Virus record (IMG/VR): IMGVR_UViG_3300047546_000414
DNA: 20,000 bases
Reading direction: 5' to 3' (one strand)
Source: an uncultured virus (IMG/VR IMGVR_UViG_3300047546_000414)
Lineage: Duplodnaviria; Heunggongvirae; Uroviricota; Caudoviricetes
Position numbers and translations under genes: made by a program. The first letter of the stretch is position 1, and every line of letters starts with the position of its first letter. Shown piece after piece: positions 1 to 7,247 of the stretch. The notes beneath the pieces are model-generated. The model worked only from the letters and a program-made list of their open reading frames with translations, was not told the DNA's origin and did not search any database.

Positions 1-3
1 TAT

Positions 4-381
4 TTACTCCTCGGTATACCCCAATCCTTGATTTATACCGAAACCTTTGGCAGCAGCAGCTTGACCACGAAGTCCAATGATATCATTTTGTAATCCATTA
101 ATACCTTGTGCTCTCATTTGGATTTCTTCAAATGTTGGATGTTCCCTGTCTTCATCCTCAACTGATGCTTCCTCCCCTAGGTTTATTCCCTGCAGTGATG
201 CAAGAAACTTTTTATTTTCCTCTTCCTTTTTACTTATACCTTTTAATAATTGTATAAGTTCTGGCATTGAAAGATTATCTTCTAGTTCTTCAAAGTTTTT
301 CCATTTACCAATTAGAAAAACTTGTGCTTCTAAGGCGGCTAGATCTAGTTCTGACCAGCCAGAACTGCTGCCGCCAGTAGA
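4..381 (-). CDS. Tail assembly chaperone, frameshifted C-terminal extension (lambda gpT-like part of a gpGT fusion; full product 677->4, 224 aa)
   Basis: Open -1 frame overlapping the 345..677 ORF; no convincing own start/RBS; slippery heptamer CCCAAAT at 387-381; position just downstream of tail tube gene. Confidence 0.85.
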   Translation of the reverse strand, partial: STGGSSSGWSELDLAALEAQVFLIGKWKNFEELEDNLSMPELIQLLKGISKKEEENKKFLASLQGINLGEEASVEDEDREHPTFEEIQMRAQGINGLQNDIIGLRGQAAAAKGFGINQGLGYTEE

Positions 382-387
382 TTTGGG
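334..387 (-). promoter_or_regulatory. Programmed -1 ribosomal frameshift signal: slippery site C CCA AAT (387-381), 5-nt spacer, stimulatory stem-loop (375-334)
   Basis: In-frame X XXY YYZ heptamer (GAC CCA AAT); downstream GGCGGC..AGTTCTG-GCTGGT-CAGAACT..GCCGCC forms a nested hairpin. Confidence 0.85.
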
Positions 388-677
388 TCGTCCATCTTCA
401 TTCCCCCGCAAACTTCAAGAATGCGATTGATTGTTGGAACGTCCAACGCATCTTCAAAAGCATCTCTATCTTTTACAAGTTCTGGAAGTTGTTTTTCCAA
501 AGCTACTCCGCAAGCTTCAATAAGTATGTTTAGTGTGTCATCTTCATTTGTGACTTCTGCTGTCTTCTGAATGACAGTCATGAACTTTCTAAGTTCTTTG
601 ATGGTAAGTGGTTTTAGCTTTACCCTTGCTCCATTTTGTAGTTCAATTTCTTGGACATCGTATACGGTTGTTGCCAA
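345..677 (-). CDS. Tail assembly chaperone (gpG-like), 110 aa, TTG start
   Basis: AAGGAGG RBS upstream of TTG; typical LKPLTIKELRKF motif; synteny after the tail tube gene. Confidence 0.85.
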   Translation of the reverse strand: MATTVYDVQEIELQNGARVKLKPLTIKELRKFMTVIQKTAEVTNEDDTLNILIEACGVALEKQLPELVKDRDAFEDALDVPTINRILEVCGGMKMDDPNLLAAAVLAGQN

Positions 678-703
678 TTTATCCTCCTTGGATACTCCTA
701 ATC

Positions 704-731
704 ATTATAGCAAAAATATATAGATAAGCAA
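704..731 (-). promoter_or_regulatory. Sigma-A/70-type promoter: TTGCTT-16-TATAAT with extended -10 (TGCTATAAT)
   Basis: Plus strand attatagca at 704-712 and aagcaa at 726-731, intergenic, upstream of the chaperone RBS. Confidence 0.65.
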
Positions 732-759
732 ATAACAAACCCCCATTTCTGGGGGTTTG
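730..759 (-). terminator. Intrinsic terminator after tail tube gene
   Basis: CAAACCCCCA-GAAA-TGGGGGTTTG perfect 10-bp stem (736-759) followed by TTATTT on the minus strand. Confidence 0.8.
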
Positions 760-789
760 CTGTCAATATTAAATTGTTATTTAATTGTA

Positions 790-1434
790 TTAAGCTTCAA
801 TTACACGGTCAATAATCTTACCGTACTCTGCCCCTGCATATGCTGCATCAGGAAGAAGACGGAAGGTTACTGGAAATACAGTTGGGTTGTTACGAGCCAA
901 TGTGAATTGTGATTGCTGTACTGAAAGTACACGACGTGCATAATATACACGCTCACGCTTCTTGTTAGCTGAGTTACGTGGTGCCAAACCGACAGCGATT
1001 AGCTGACGCTCTGTAGGCTCCTGACCCAAAGCTCCCGCTTCAAGACCAAGTGCATCGTTTGAAAGTGTTGCAGAACCTTGACCGAAAACACGTAGAACGT
1101 TTTCTAGTGTTGCTTCGGTAAATTCAGTTGCAAGCATAACTTCCATGGACTCCTTGAACAGCTTTGCTGTATCAAGAAGCTGATCCACTGTTACTGAACC
1201 GTAAGTTGGGTTGTAAGTAATCTGAAGACCATTATTTGTGTAACCAACGTTTGCATATGCTCCAGACAATGTTGCGCCTCTAAGCTCACGAGTGTCTGCA
1301 TCATAAATTGATGTGTTAGCTGTTACTGCTGCTCCTTCTGGGAGAACAGTAGCATAAGTTGAATCTGTTGAATCCTTTTTGGAAAGGAACATCGGAGCTG
1401 CTCCGACGATAATATTCTTAGCTTCAAATGCCAT
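790..1434 (-). CDS. Major tail (tube) protein, 214 aa
   Basis: NIIVGAAPMFL N-terminus, VGYTNNGLQITY motif typical of siphovirus tail tubes; strong RBS GGAGGTG; lies between tail terminator and chaperone; followed by terminator. Confidence 0.85.
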   Translation of the reverse strand: MAFEAKNIIVGAAPMFLSKKDSTDSTYATVLPEGAAVTANTSIYDADTRELRGATLSGAYANVGYTNNGLQITYNPTYGSVTVDQLLDTAKLFKESMEVMLATEFTEATLENVLRVFGQGSATLSNDALGLEAGALGQEPTERQLIAVGLAPRNSANKKRERVYYARRVLSVQQSQFTLARNNPTVFPVTFRLLPDAAYAGAEYGKIIDRVIEA

Positions 1435-1506
1435 TTTTTATTTCCACCTCCTGGAATTTTAAAAATTTTAAATCAATGCTGGCTAGGCGTGTTTCCTCTT
1501 AGTACA

Positions 1507-1535
1507 ATAATAGGCCAAAATGGTTCATAAAGCAA
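1507..1535 (-). promoter_or_regulatory. Putative promoter TTGCTT-17-TATTAT for the tail tube gene
   Basis: Plus strand ataata 1507-1512 and aagcaa 1530-1535, 17-bp spacer; same -35 hexamer as the 704-731 promoter. Confidence 0.55.
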
Positions 1536-1537
1536 GG

Positions 1538-2047
1538 CTAACTGTATCTGCCGCTGACAGATACGTCCCTAGAATACTTAATTTCTATAACAATATCTGT
1601 AGAAAGGAATCCAAGGACCTCTTCTGATGGAGAAGTTGGAGAAATATCGCCTATATAGATAGTGTGGAATCTGAATTTGCTAGAATTTGGCATAAAATTA
1701 TTAATATCTCTAGCGGATTCATCAGATCTTCTAAATAAATCGACTATAAAGTTTCTCATCTCATTGATATCTGATATATCTGTGGCATACAGGGTAAACA
1801 TTACCTGCTCATTACATACCAGCCAAGTGTCGTCATAGGTCATCCCAGTCTTGTCATAAACAATATGCTTTTTGCCACTCAAGAACTGATTCATTTCTGG
1901 GAGTTGTTGAACAGGAATAATTGGAATTATTGTTTCATTTATATTGTCAGAATAATAGTCTGTTTCATCAAATATTTCTGCGTCCTTAAATTCGTTCCAA
2001 AGAAACTTTCTAATTTCGTTTACAGCATCTAATTTATAATTTGTCAT
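1538..2047 (-). CDS. Probable tail terminator protein, 169 aa
   Basis: Size and position immediately upstream of tail tube; acidic alpha/beta pattern; TAATG-coupled to the upstream gene. Confidence 0.6.
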   Translation of the reverse strand: MTNYKLDAVNEIRKFLWNEFKDAEIFDETDYYSDNINETIIPIIPVQQLPEMNQFLSGKKHIVYDKTGMTYDDTWLVCNEQVMFTLYATDISDINEMRNFIVDLFRRSDESARDINNFMPNSSKFRFHTIYIGDISPTSPSEEVLGFLSTDIVIEIKYSRDVSVSGRYS

Positions 2048-2841
2048 TACATGTTCCTTCCATTAGACTGAACTGCAGCCTGAGCTAAATTTTTAACGGT
2101 AGCTGGAGAATAACTATATGACTTTGCCTTAATCATAGGAGGAATCATCATAGACTTTCTAGTTACAATTCTAAATGATTGACTTGCCCCAGAGTTCTTA
2201 ATAGAGTTTCTAATAAGGTTTCCGCTAACAAAAAATTTATAAGTATTTGCAAATCCCATCTTTGCATATTTACCGCCAGGATTTTGAACCTTGACAGATC
2301 TTCCTTGTTGCAAAACAATGTTACGATCTCCCACTGTAAACGCTAATCTTCCAGTAGGTGTTCTTGGCGTAATTAAAACTGGGTTTCCAGACTCCATAAC
2401 AAATGCTTTATTTCTAAAAACATAAACTTTCCCTTTAGTGCTATTTTTAGGAACAGAGGTCTTAGACATTTTAAACTCATAAGATAGGTTAAAATCAAAT
2501 CCGTTACTCATGGTTTTATTTAATTTAAATAGTCTTGCTGTTTTATCTCCAACCCTATTCCACTCATATACATGGTGTAAGTATTTAGGCTTTGATCTTG
2601 CCTGCATATCAATATAGTTTCCTAGATCTGTGCTAACCCTATTATAAATTTTATTTGCAAAGCCTTCTTGTATGCAAGACTCTGTAACCATATGTGACAT
2701 AACTTGAGTTTGGTAATAAAGGGCTGCAGAAATTTTTTGAACAGTCCCGCCATGGTCTATGACTCCAGATGGCTTTGAGCCCTTCATAAGGGCTGCTAAG
2801 CCGTTAGAAGCGGATTGTAGAGCAGCAGCATTAGTCGCCAA
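2047..2841 (-). CDS. Neck/tail completion protein (HK97 gp10-like position), basic, 264 aa
   Basis: Lys/Arg-rich; LHHVYEW motif; lies between head closure and tail terminator genes. Function by synteny. Confidence 0.5.
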   Translation of the reverse strand: MATNAAALQSASNGLAALMKGSKPSGVIDHGGTVQKISAALYYQTQVMSHMVTESCIQEGFANKIYNRVSTDLGNYIDMQARSKPKYLHHVYEWNRVGDKTARLFKLNKTMSNGFDFNLSYEFKMSKTSVPKNSTKGKVYVFRNKAFVMESGNPVLITPRTPTGRLAFTVGDRNIVLQQGRSVKVQNPGGKYAKMGFANTYKFFVSGNLIRNSIKNSGASQSFRIVTRKSMMIPPMIKAKSYSYSPATVKNLAQAAVQSNGRNM

Positions 2842-3256
2842 TTGTCTGGTTCTCCGATCTTGCTGCCATTAAATTGTACCCAAGGATATTTCCAAATGGA
2901 TCTGTAATTGGCGTATTTCCAACTATTTCAAAAACTGTTGGAGTATTTGTAGGGTAATTTAATTCAAACCAAACAACTTCACCGTTAGCATTTCTAATAT
3001 TTGTTATTTTATCTCTATGTGATATAAATTTGTCTACACGAATTTGAATTGCTTCTGTATCCTTAAACTTTGTAGAATATTTTTGTTTATCAGTTCCTCT
3101 ACCGCTAGTTGAGCTGATGCTTCCTTTTGCAAAGCAGGATACAGTTGAATTATATGCCCACGTTTTTTTAAGGGCTCCAGTATCTGGGTCTTGTTCATCC
3201 TGTTGTGTGTAAACGTCTGCTTTCATTGACAGAATTGAATTTACTAGATCTATCAT
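2831..3256 (-). CDS. Head closure / head-to-tail stopper protein, 141 aa
   Basis: Beta-rich, DPDTGALKKTW hairpin motif resembling SPP1 gp16-type stoppers; follows adaptor. Confidence 0.65.
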   Translation of the reverse strand: MIDLVNSILSMKADVYTQQDEQDPDTGALKKTWAYNSTVSCFAKGSISSTSGRGTDKQKYSTKFKDTEAIQIRVDKFISHRDKITNIRNANGEVVWFELNYPTNTPTVFEIVGNTPITDPFGNILGYNLMAARSENQTIGD

Positions 3257-4248
3257 TAGATCACCAGCATTTGTTTAATAACATATCCAGCAAGGATGCT
3301 ATCTACAAAAAAGTTTCCTGTTCCATTATAAACCTGTGGGTCAAATTCAAACTGCCAGTCAAAAGTCTGGATGCTTTTCACATATTTATTTTTCCATTGT
3401 GTGTCTTTATTGAAAAAGTCTTTCATTAATTCAATGGTTGCAATATTTACTTCATCTGGAACAAACTCCCAGCCAAACTTACCCTGAATTCTATATGCTA
3501 CATCTTTTCTAAAAAATCCTTGAAATCCAATATCGTATACAGTTGGAGAAACCATACCGTTAGCTAAATAAACAGTATTGTCTCTATTAATTGAATCTCC
3601 TCTATCAACCTTTATTCCATACCCGCTAGAAACAGGAATAATGCTGTACCCAATATTATTTACATTGTTTGGGTTATCTATTAAAAGAATGTCGTTTGCA
3701 TAAAGCTCATGGATATCATTTACTTTGTAAAGAGTTTGTACAGAATCATCTCCGCCACCATAAACTGTTACTGCGTCATCGTATAAATAAAACCAATCAT
3801 TTGTATAATTTTCAATTAACTTTCTTGCATATTTTTCAGCAAGCTTAAGTTCATCATAGGATCTATAATTTTCATCGCTTGGATCAACACCTATACCAAG
3901 AGCATCTATAGCCTCTGAAATGTTTACATATGGAGTGACTACATCAACATAAGTTGTATTAGATCCAGCATTTCCCTGAACCTGATAAGACCATACTAGC
4001 TTGAGTTTTCTATTTCTTGAAGTAATATTAAAAGGAAGAACTACTTCATAGTTTCCATTGTCTGTATCTAAATTAGTTGCAGTGTATGTTCCTATTGATA
4101 CTTCTGGATTAAGAGATGGAATAATGGCTGGGTCTGAAGTTATATCGTAAACAGTAACGGTTACATTGCCATCAGCGTCTACTGGTTGACCTCCCCAATA
4201 GATTTTATGACGTAGTGGTCCGTTACTATTTACATATAATTCTGCCAT
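3256..4248 (-). CDS. Head-to-tail adaptor (connector) with extra N-terminal beta domain, 330 aa
   Basis: YVNISEA...AEKYARKLIENYT...GWEFVPDEVNIATIELM...TGNFFVDSIL pattern typical of gp15/gp6-type adaptors. Confidence 0.7.
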   Translation of the reverse strand: MAELYVNSNGPLRHKIYWGGQPVDADGNVTVTVYDITSDPAIIPSLNPEVSIGTYTATNLDTDNGNYEVVLPFNITSRNRKLKLVWSYQVQGNAGSNTTYVDVVTPYVNISEAIDALGIGVDPSDENYRSYDELKLAEKYARKLIENYTNDWFYLYDDAVTVYGGGDDSVQTLYKVNDIHELYANDILLIDNPNNVNNIGYSIIPVSSGYGIKVDRGDSINRDNTVYLANGMVSPTVYDIGFQGFFRKDVAYRIQGKFGWEFVPDEVNIATIELMKDFFNKDTQWKNKYVKSIQTFDWQFEFDPQVYNGTGNFFVDSILAGYVIKQMLVI

Positions 4249-4260
4249 TTGAAATTTTCG

Positions 4261-4659
4261 TTAAGCGTAAAAGTCCTGGACTTCCTTTGCTGTGGCTAAA
4301 CGAAAACCCTCCTCTTTTTCAAAAATTTCTTCTGCCTTTTCTGTTGGCATTGCAACAAACGGATGCTCTCTTGTAAAAGTGTATCCTACGGCATCATATC
4401 TAAAGTTTGCTCTTGTCATTCTAACCAAAACTGTGTTTTCTGGCTGTTCCTTCTTTGGATCAAACCTTGGTGTCACTTCTTCCATTTCGACTGATTCATC
4501 TTCAATGTTTTTAATTGTCTTTTGGTAAACGTCCCATGTGACGCCTTCTTCTGCAAGTGCTGCTATAATTTCTGCTTTGTTCTTTGAGTTTGGTAAATCA
4601 ACTGCAAAATCTTCAGCAATTTGACGAAGCTCTGCAATTTTCAATGTCGTAAATGACAT
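4261..4659 (-). CDS. Hypothetical protein with N-terminal Rho-N/HeH(SAP)-like helical motif, 132 aa
   Basis: LKIAELRQIAEDFAVDLPNSKNKAEIIAAL matches the helix-extension-helix pattern; AAGGAG RBS. Confidence 0.6.
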   Translation of the reverse strand: MSFTTLKIAELRQIAEDFAVDLPNSKNKAEIIAALAEEGVTWDVYQKTIKNIEDESVEMEEVTPRFDPKKEQPENTVLVRMTRANFRYDAVGYTFTREHPFVAMPTEKAEEIFEKEEGFRLATAKEVQDFYA

Positions 4660-4681
4660 ATATTCTCCTTTGTTCTCATTA

Positions 4682-4710
4682 ATTATATCATTGTAAGGTT
4701 AAAAGGTAAA
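4682..4710 (-). promoter_or_regulatory. Promoter with extended -10 TGATATAAT and weak -35 TTTACC (17-bp spacer)
   Basis: Plus strand attatatca 4682-4690, ggtaaa 4705-4710. Confidence 0.6.
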
Positions 4711-4745
4711 GACCCCCAAAACTTATTAAATTTTAGGGGTCTTTA
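4701..4745 (-). terminator. Intrinsic terminator after major capsid gene
   Basis: TAAAGACCCC-T-AAAA..TTTT-G-GGGGTCTTTA stem (4745-4707); the mismatch is a U.G wobble only on the minus strand; followed by CCTTTT. Confidence 0.75.
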
Positions 4746-4761
4746 ATAGTATCTTCTTAAA

Positions 4762-5811
4762 TTAGGAAGCTACCTTAACGTTCTTTACGACTACCCAAGC
4801 ATCTGCTTGTTCAATCTGAACGCCTACACGAGTGTAGAGTGTGTACTCAACTGAGTCCTTACGTGGCCAGAAGAATCTGTATACAGTTACATCACGCTTA
4901 ATTCCAATAACTACGTTATTTGGGAATGAAAGGTGGATGTCACCATGATCTCCTGATGCACCAGTATGTGTACCAGTTTGAGTTTCCTTTAGAAGTGGGA
5001 CTTCAACAATTGGAATACCAAATGCAAATGGTGCTACATAACCAGCTGGTCCACCAAGTGGAGCCACATCACCACGGATAACGCTTGATGCGATATCTTG
5101 TGGGATTGTCTGATTTGTACCAATGCTTTGCTGGTATAGGAAGTCCTGAATAAGGTTAGATCCTGCAAGGAAGCGTAGGTCTGTACGACGTTGCTTGTAC
5201 TTACGTGGAAGTGCCTTAAGTGCTGAGTTGAATACTGCACGAGAGATATTAGCTCCCGCTGCATCTACAACATGGCCATTAGCCTTTGCCTTCTTGACTA
5301 CACCATCAAATGCCTTATAAAGTGCATCTCCTGTTAGCGAAGCATCGCCATTGAGAACCAAGTCTTCAATGTCGTTACCTGCCTGTGTTGCCATAAGACG
5401 TGCAATATGATCTTCAAGATCTGGACCTTCGATATTGTCTTCAAGAGACTCTGTTGAGAGTTCCCAGTCAAGACGAAGCTTCTTTGTGGACAAAGAAATC
5501 TTGGAGAATGTAACGCCTGCGTTTGATGAAGTATCTTCGGCTTCAGAAGCGACTTTCATCAACTTCTCGCCTACTCCGATACGATCAATCTCAGTTGTGT
5601 CTGCCTTCATTCTAACTGTACGTGCGACTTTACCGATAACGGTTGCATCGAATACGTAGTCAAGGAATCGTGCTGACTGCTCTGGATTTAGGAGACCACC
5701 TGTTTGGGTAGCTCCAACGTGAATGCCAGTACCTGTAATGGACTGTCCATTCATAGATGTAGATACAGTAGTATTTGCTGCTACTGCCTTTTCTAATAGT
5801 TCATTGCTCAT
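4762..5811 (-). CDS. Major capsid protein (HK97 fold), 349 aa
   Basis: GGLLNPEQSARFLD, LSTESLEDNIEG, DIEDLVLNGD motifs; follows protease/scaffold; followed by terminator. Confidence 0.92.
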   Translation of the reverse strand: MSNELLEKAVAANTTVSTSMNGQSITGTGIHVGATQTGGLLNPEQSARFLDYVFDATVIGKVARTVRMKADTTEIDRIGVGEKLMKVASEAEDTSSNAGVTFSKISLSTKKLRLDWELSTESLEDNIEGPDLEDHIARLMATQAGNDIEDLVLNGDASLTGDALYKAFDGVVKKAKANGHVVDAAGANISRAVFNSALKALPRKYKQRRTDLRFLAGSNLIQDFLYQQSIGTNQTIPQDIASSVIRGDVAPLGGPAGYVAPFAFGIPIVEVPLLKETQTGTHTGASGDHGDIHLSFPNNVVIGIKRDVTVYRFFWPRKDSVEYTLYTRVGVQIEQADAWVVVKNVKVAS

Positions 5812-5832
5812 TTTATTTTTTCACCTGCCTTT

Positions 5833-6402
5833 TTAATTTAGAATGTCGTTCACGGAACCGAGGAAAGCGCCGCTCCATTTTGATTTCTTTACAAACTCTG
5901 TTGACCCGCCAAGGTCAGCAGACTTCTTAATTGCAGTATCGCCCTCTACTGCGTCGATTCTCTTTTCGACTGAATTGATTGTTTCACGAATACCTTTTAC
6001 AGTTTCGCTCAAATTGTTGTGCTGTTCTGCCAACTCGACAATTCTTGCCTCAACACTCTTGCTAAAGGACTCCACAGTGTTTTTAACTTCTGCAACCTGT
6101 GCTGCATTTGTTTCTGCTGCCTTGCTAAGTGTATCGGACAAGAAGCCCTTGAGATCCCCTAGCATCTTTGCAAAATCAAGCTCTTCTGAAGCTGCTTCTG
6201 CTGCTGGTTCTCCTGCGGTATCGGCGGCAACTGAGTCTGCAGCTGGTGCTGCTTCTTCTGCAACTGCTGCTGCTTCTGCTGCTGGTGCTTCTGCTACTGC
6301 TTCTGCTGGAGCATCTGCTGCTGGAGCATCTGCTGCTGGTGCATCAACTGCTGGTGCATCAACTGTTGTTTCTTCTGTCATCTTTGTTACTTCTTCTGAC
6401 AT
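5833..6402 (-). CDS. Nested in-frame scaffolding protein (internal start Met263), 189 aa
   Basis: Perfect AAGGAGGT RBS (6416-6409) 6 nt upstream of in-frame ATG at 6402. Confidence 0.72.
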   Translation of the reverse strand: MSEEVTKMTEETTVDAPAVDAPAADAPAADAPAEAVAEAPAAEAAAVAEEAAPAADSVAADTAGEPAAEAASEELDFAKMLGDLKGFLSDTLSKAAETNAAQVAEVKNTVESFSKSVEARIVELAEQHNNLSETVKGIRETINSVEKRIDAVEGDTAIKKSADLGGSTEFVKKSKWSGAFLGSVNDILN

Positions 6403-7188
6403 AGTTGTACCTCCTTTATTTACTTCGGTGTTGTTTTCAAGTTCATTTGCAGAACCAGAAATCTTATTAATGTGTTTCTCATAAACAAAACGAACTGCAT
6501 CCGATTTGTTAATATCATTGTTTTCAATCCATCCAATAATCTCCATTTGTTTGCCGCATGCTGTGCATTCACGAGATTGGAGTGCTTCTGAAACTACAAT
6601 ATTGTCATGCTCACAGAAAAATACGTTTGCTGCTGCAATCTCTGTAGCAATTCCTTTAAATACCATTTGTCCATTTACTTTTTCAATTGATAGAACATTG
6701 CAAAGTTGGTTAGCTGGAGAATCTACTAATGAAAGTTCTACTAGATCATAATCTTTAATAAATCTTACAGACGTTCCATCTGCTTTATTAACTTCATTAT
6801 CCGACTCATTAATTCTTCCACCTATTGAGAAACCAGAAAGAGTGCCATCAAGAACTTTTTCCCAAGTATCTTGTGCACCCTTTGAAATGTATGTACTCAC
6901 CCAAATTCCATCGTAAAAAGATTTTGACATTGGATCAAAAAAAGTTTCTGGTCTAAATGACAAAATTTTTCCGACTGCAATTGGCTGATGCATTTCACGA
7001 ATGTTGCCTCTAAAGTTTTCAAACGCTTTAAGGCTCGCTTCTGCTGTGACAACATCGCCTGTTTGGTCTACATTGTTTAATGTAGCAAAACCTGAAACAG
7101 TTCGGTTCTCTTTGTTGACCTTTGTAAATGGTACGCTAATAGATAGACGATTACCATTACTAGACCAACTGGTCTTTTCAATATTCAT
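5833..7188 (-). CDS. Prohead maturation serine protease fused to scaffolding domain, 451 aa
   Basis: VDQTGDVV, IREMH, LSGFSIGG, ELSLVDSPAN protease motifs; Ala/Glu-rich linker and coiled-coil C-terminus; between portal and capsid genes. Confidence 0.88.
   Translation of the reverse strand: MNIEKTSWSSNGNRLSISVPFTKVNKENRTVSGFATLNNVDQTGDVVTAEASLKAFENFRGNIREMHQPIAVGKILSFRPETFFDPMSKSFYDGIWVSTYISKGAQDTWEKVLDGTLSGFSIGGRINESDNEVNKADGTSVRFIKDYDLVELSLVDSPANQLCNVLSIEKVNGQMVFKGIATEIAAANVFFCEHDNIVVSEALQSRECTACGKQMEIIGWIENNDINKSDAVRFVYEKHINKISGSANELENNTEVNKGGTTMSEEVTKMTEETTVDAPAVDAPAADAPAADAPAEAVAEAPAAEAAAVAEEAAPAADSVAADTAGEPAAEAASEELDFAKMLGDLKGFLSDTLSKAAETNAAQVAEVKNTVESFSKSVEARIVELAEQHNNLSETVKGIRETINSVEKRIDAVEGDTAIKKSADLGGSTEFVKKSKWSGAFLGSVNDILN
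6301..6360 (-). repeat. Four imperfect 15-bp tandem repeats encoding DAPAV-DAPAA-DAPAA-DAPAE
   Basis: GATGC(A/T)CCAGCAG.. x4 within the scaffold linker. Confidence 0.85.
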
Positions 7189-7197
7189 ACTGTATAA

Positions 7198-7226
7198 AGT
7201 TTATCAACCACTAGTTAAAAAGGCAA
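7198..7226 (-). promoter_or_regulatory. Promoter TTGCCT-17-TAAACT (extended -10 TGATAAACT), 9 nt from protease ATG; near-leaderless
   Basis: Plus strand agttta 7198-7203, aggcaa 7221-7226; no Shine-Dalgarno before the ATG. Confidence 0.65.
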
Positions 7227-7247
7227 ATAATAGTCACCTAAAAAATG

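Noticed and set aside
401..407. GGGGGAA as alternative slippery site
   Set aside because: Read as GGG GGA A in the 0 frame, not X XXY YYZ phase, and about 25 nt from the hairpin; CCCAAAT fits both criteria.
4..411. Independent 135-aa gene starting at TTG 411
   Set aside because: No RBS; better explained as the -1 frameshift extension of 345..677.
5843..6484. 213-aa plus-strand ORF and the other plus-strand ORFs in the track
   Set aside because: Antisense shadows of minus-strand genes with biased codon use; low-complexity products, no RBS or motifs noticed.
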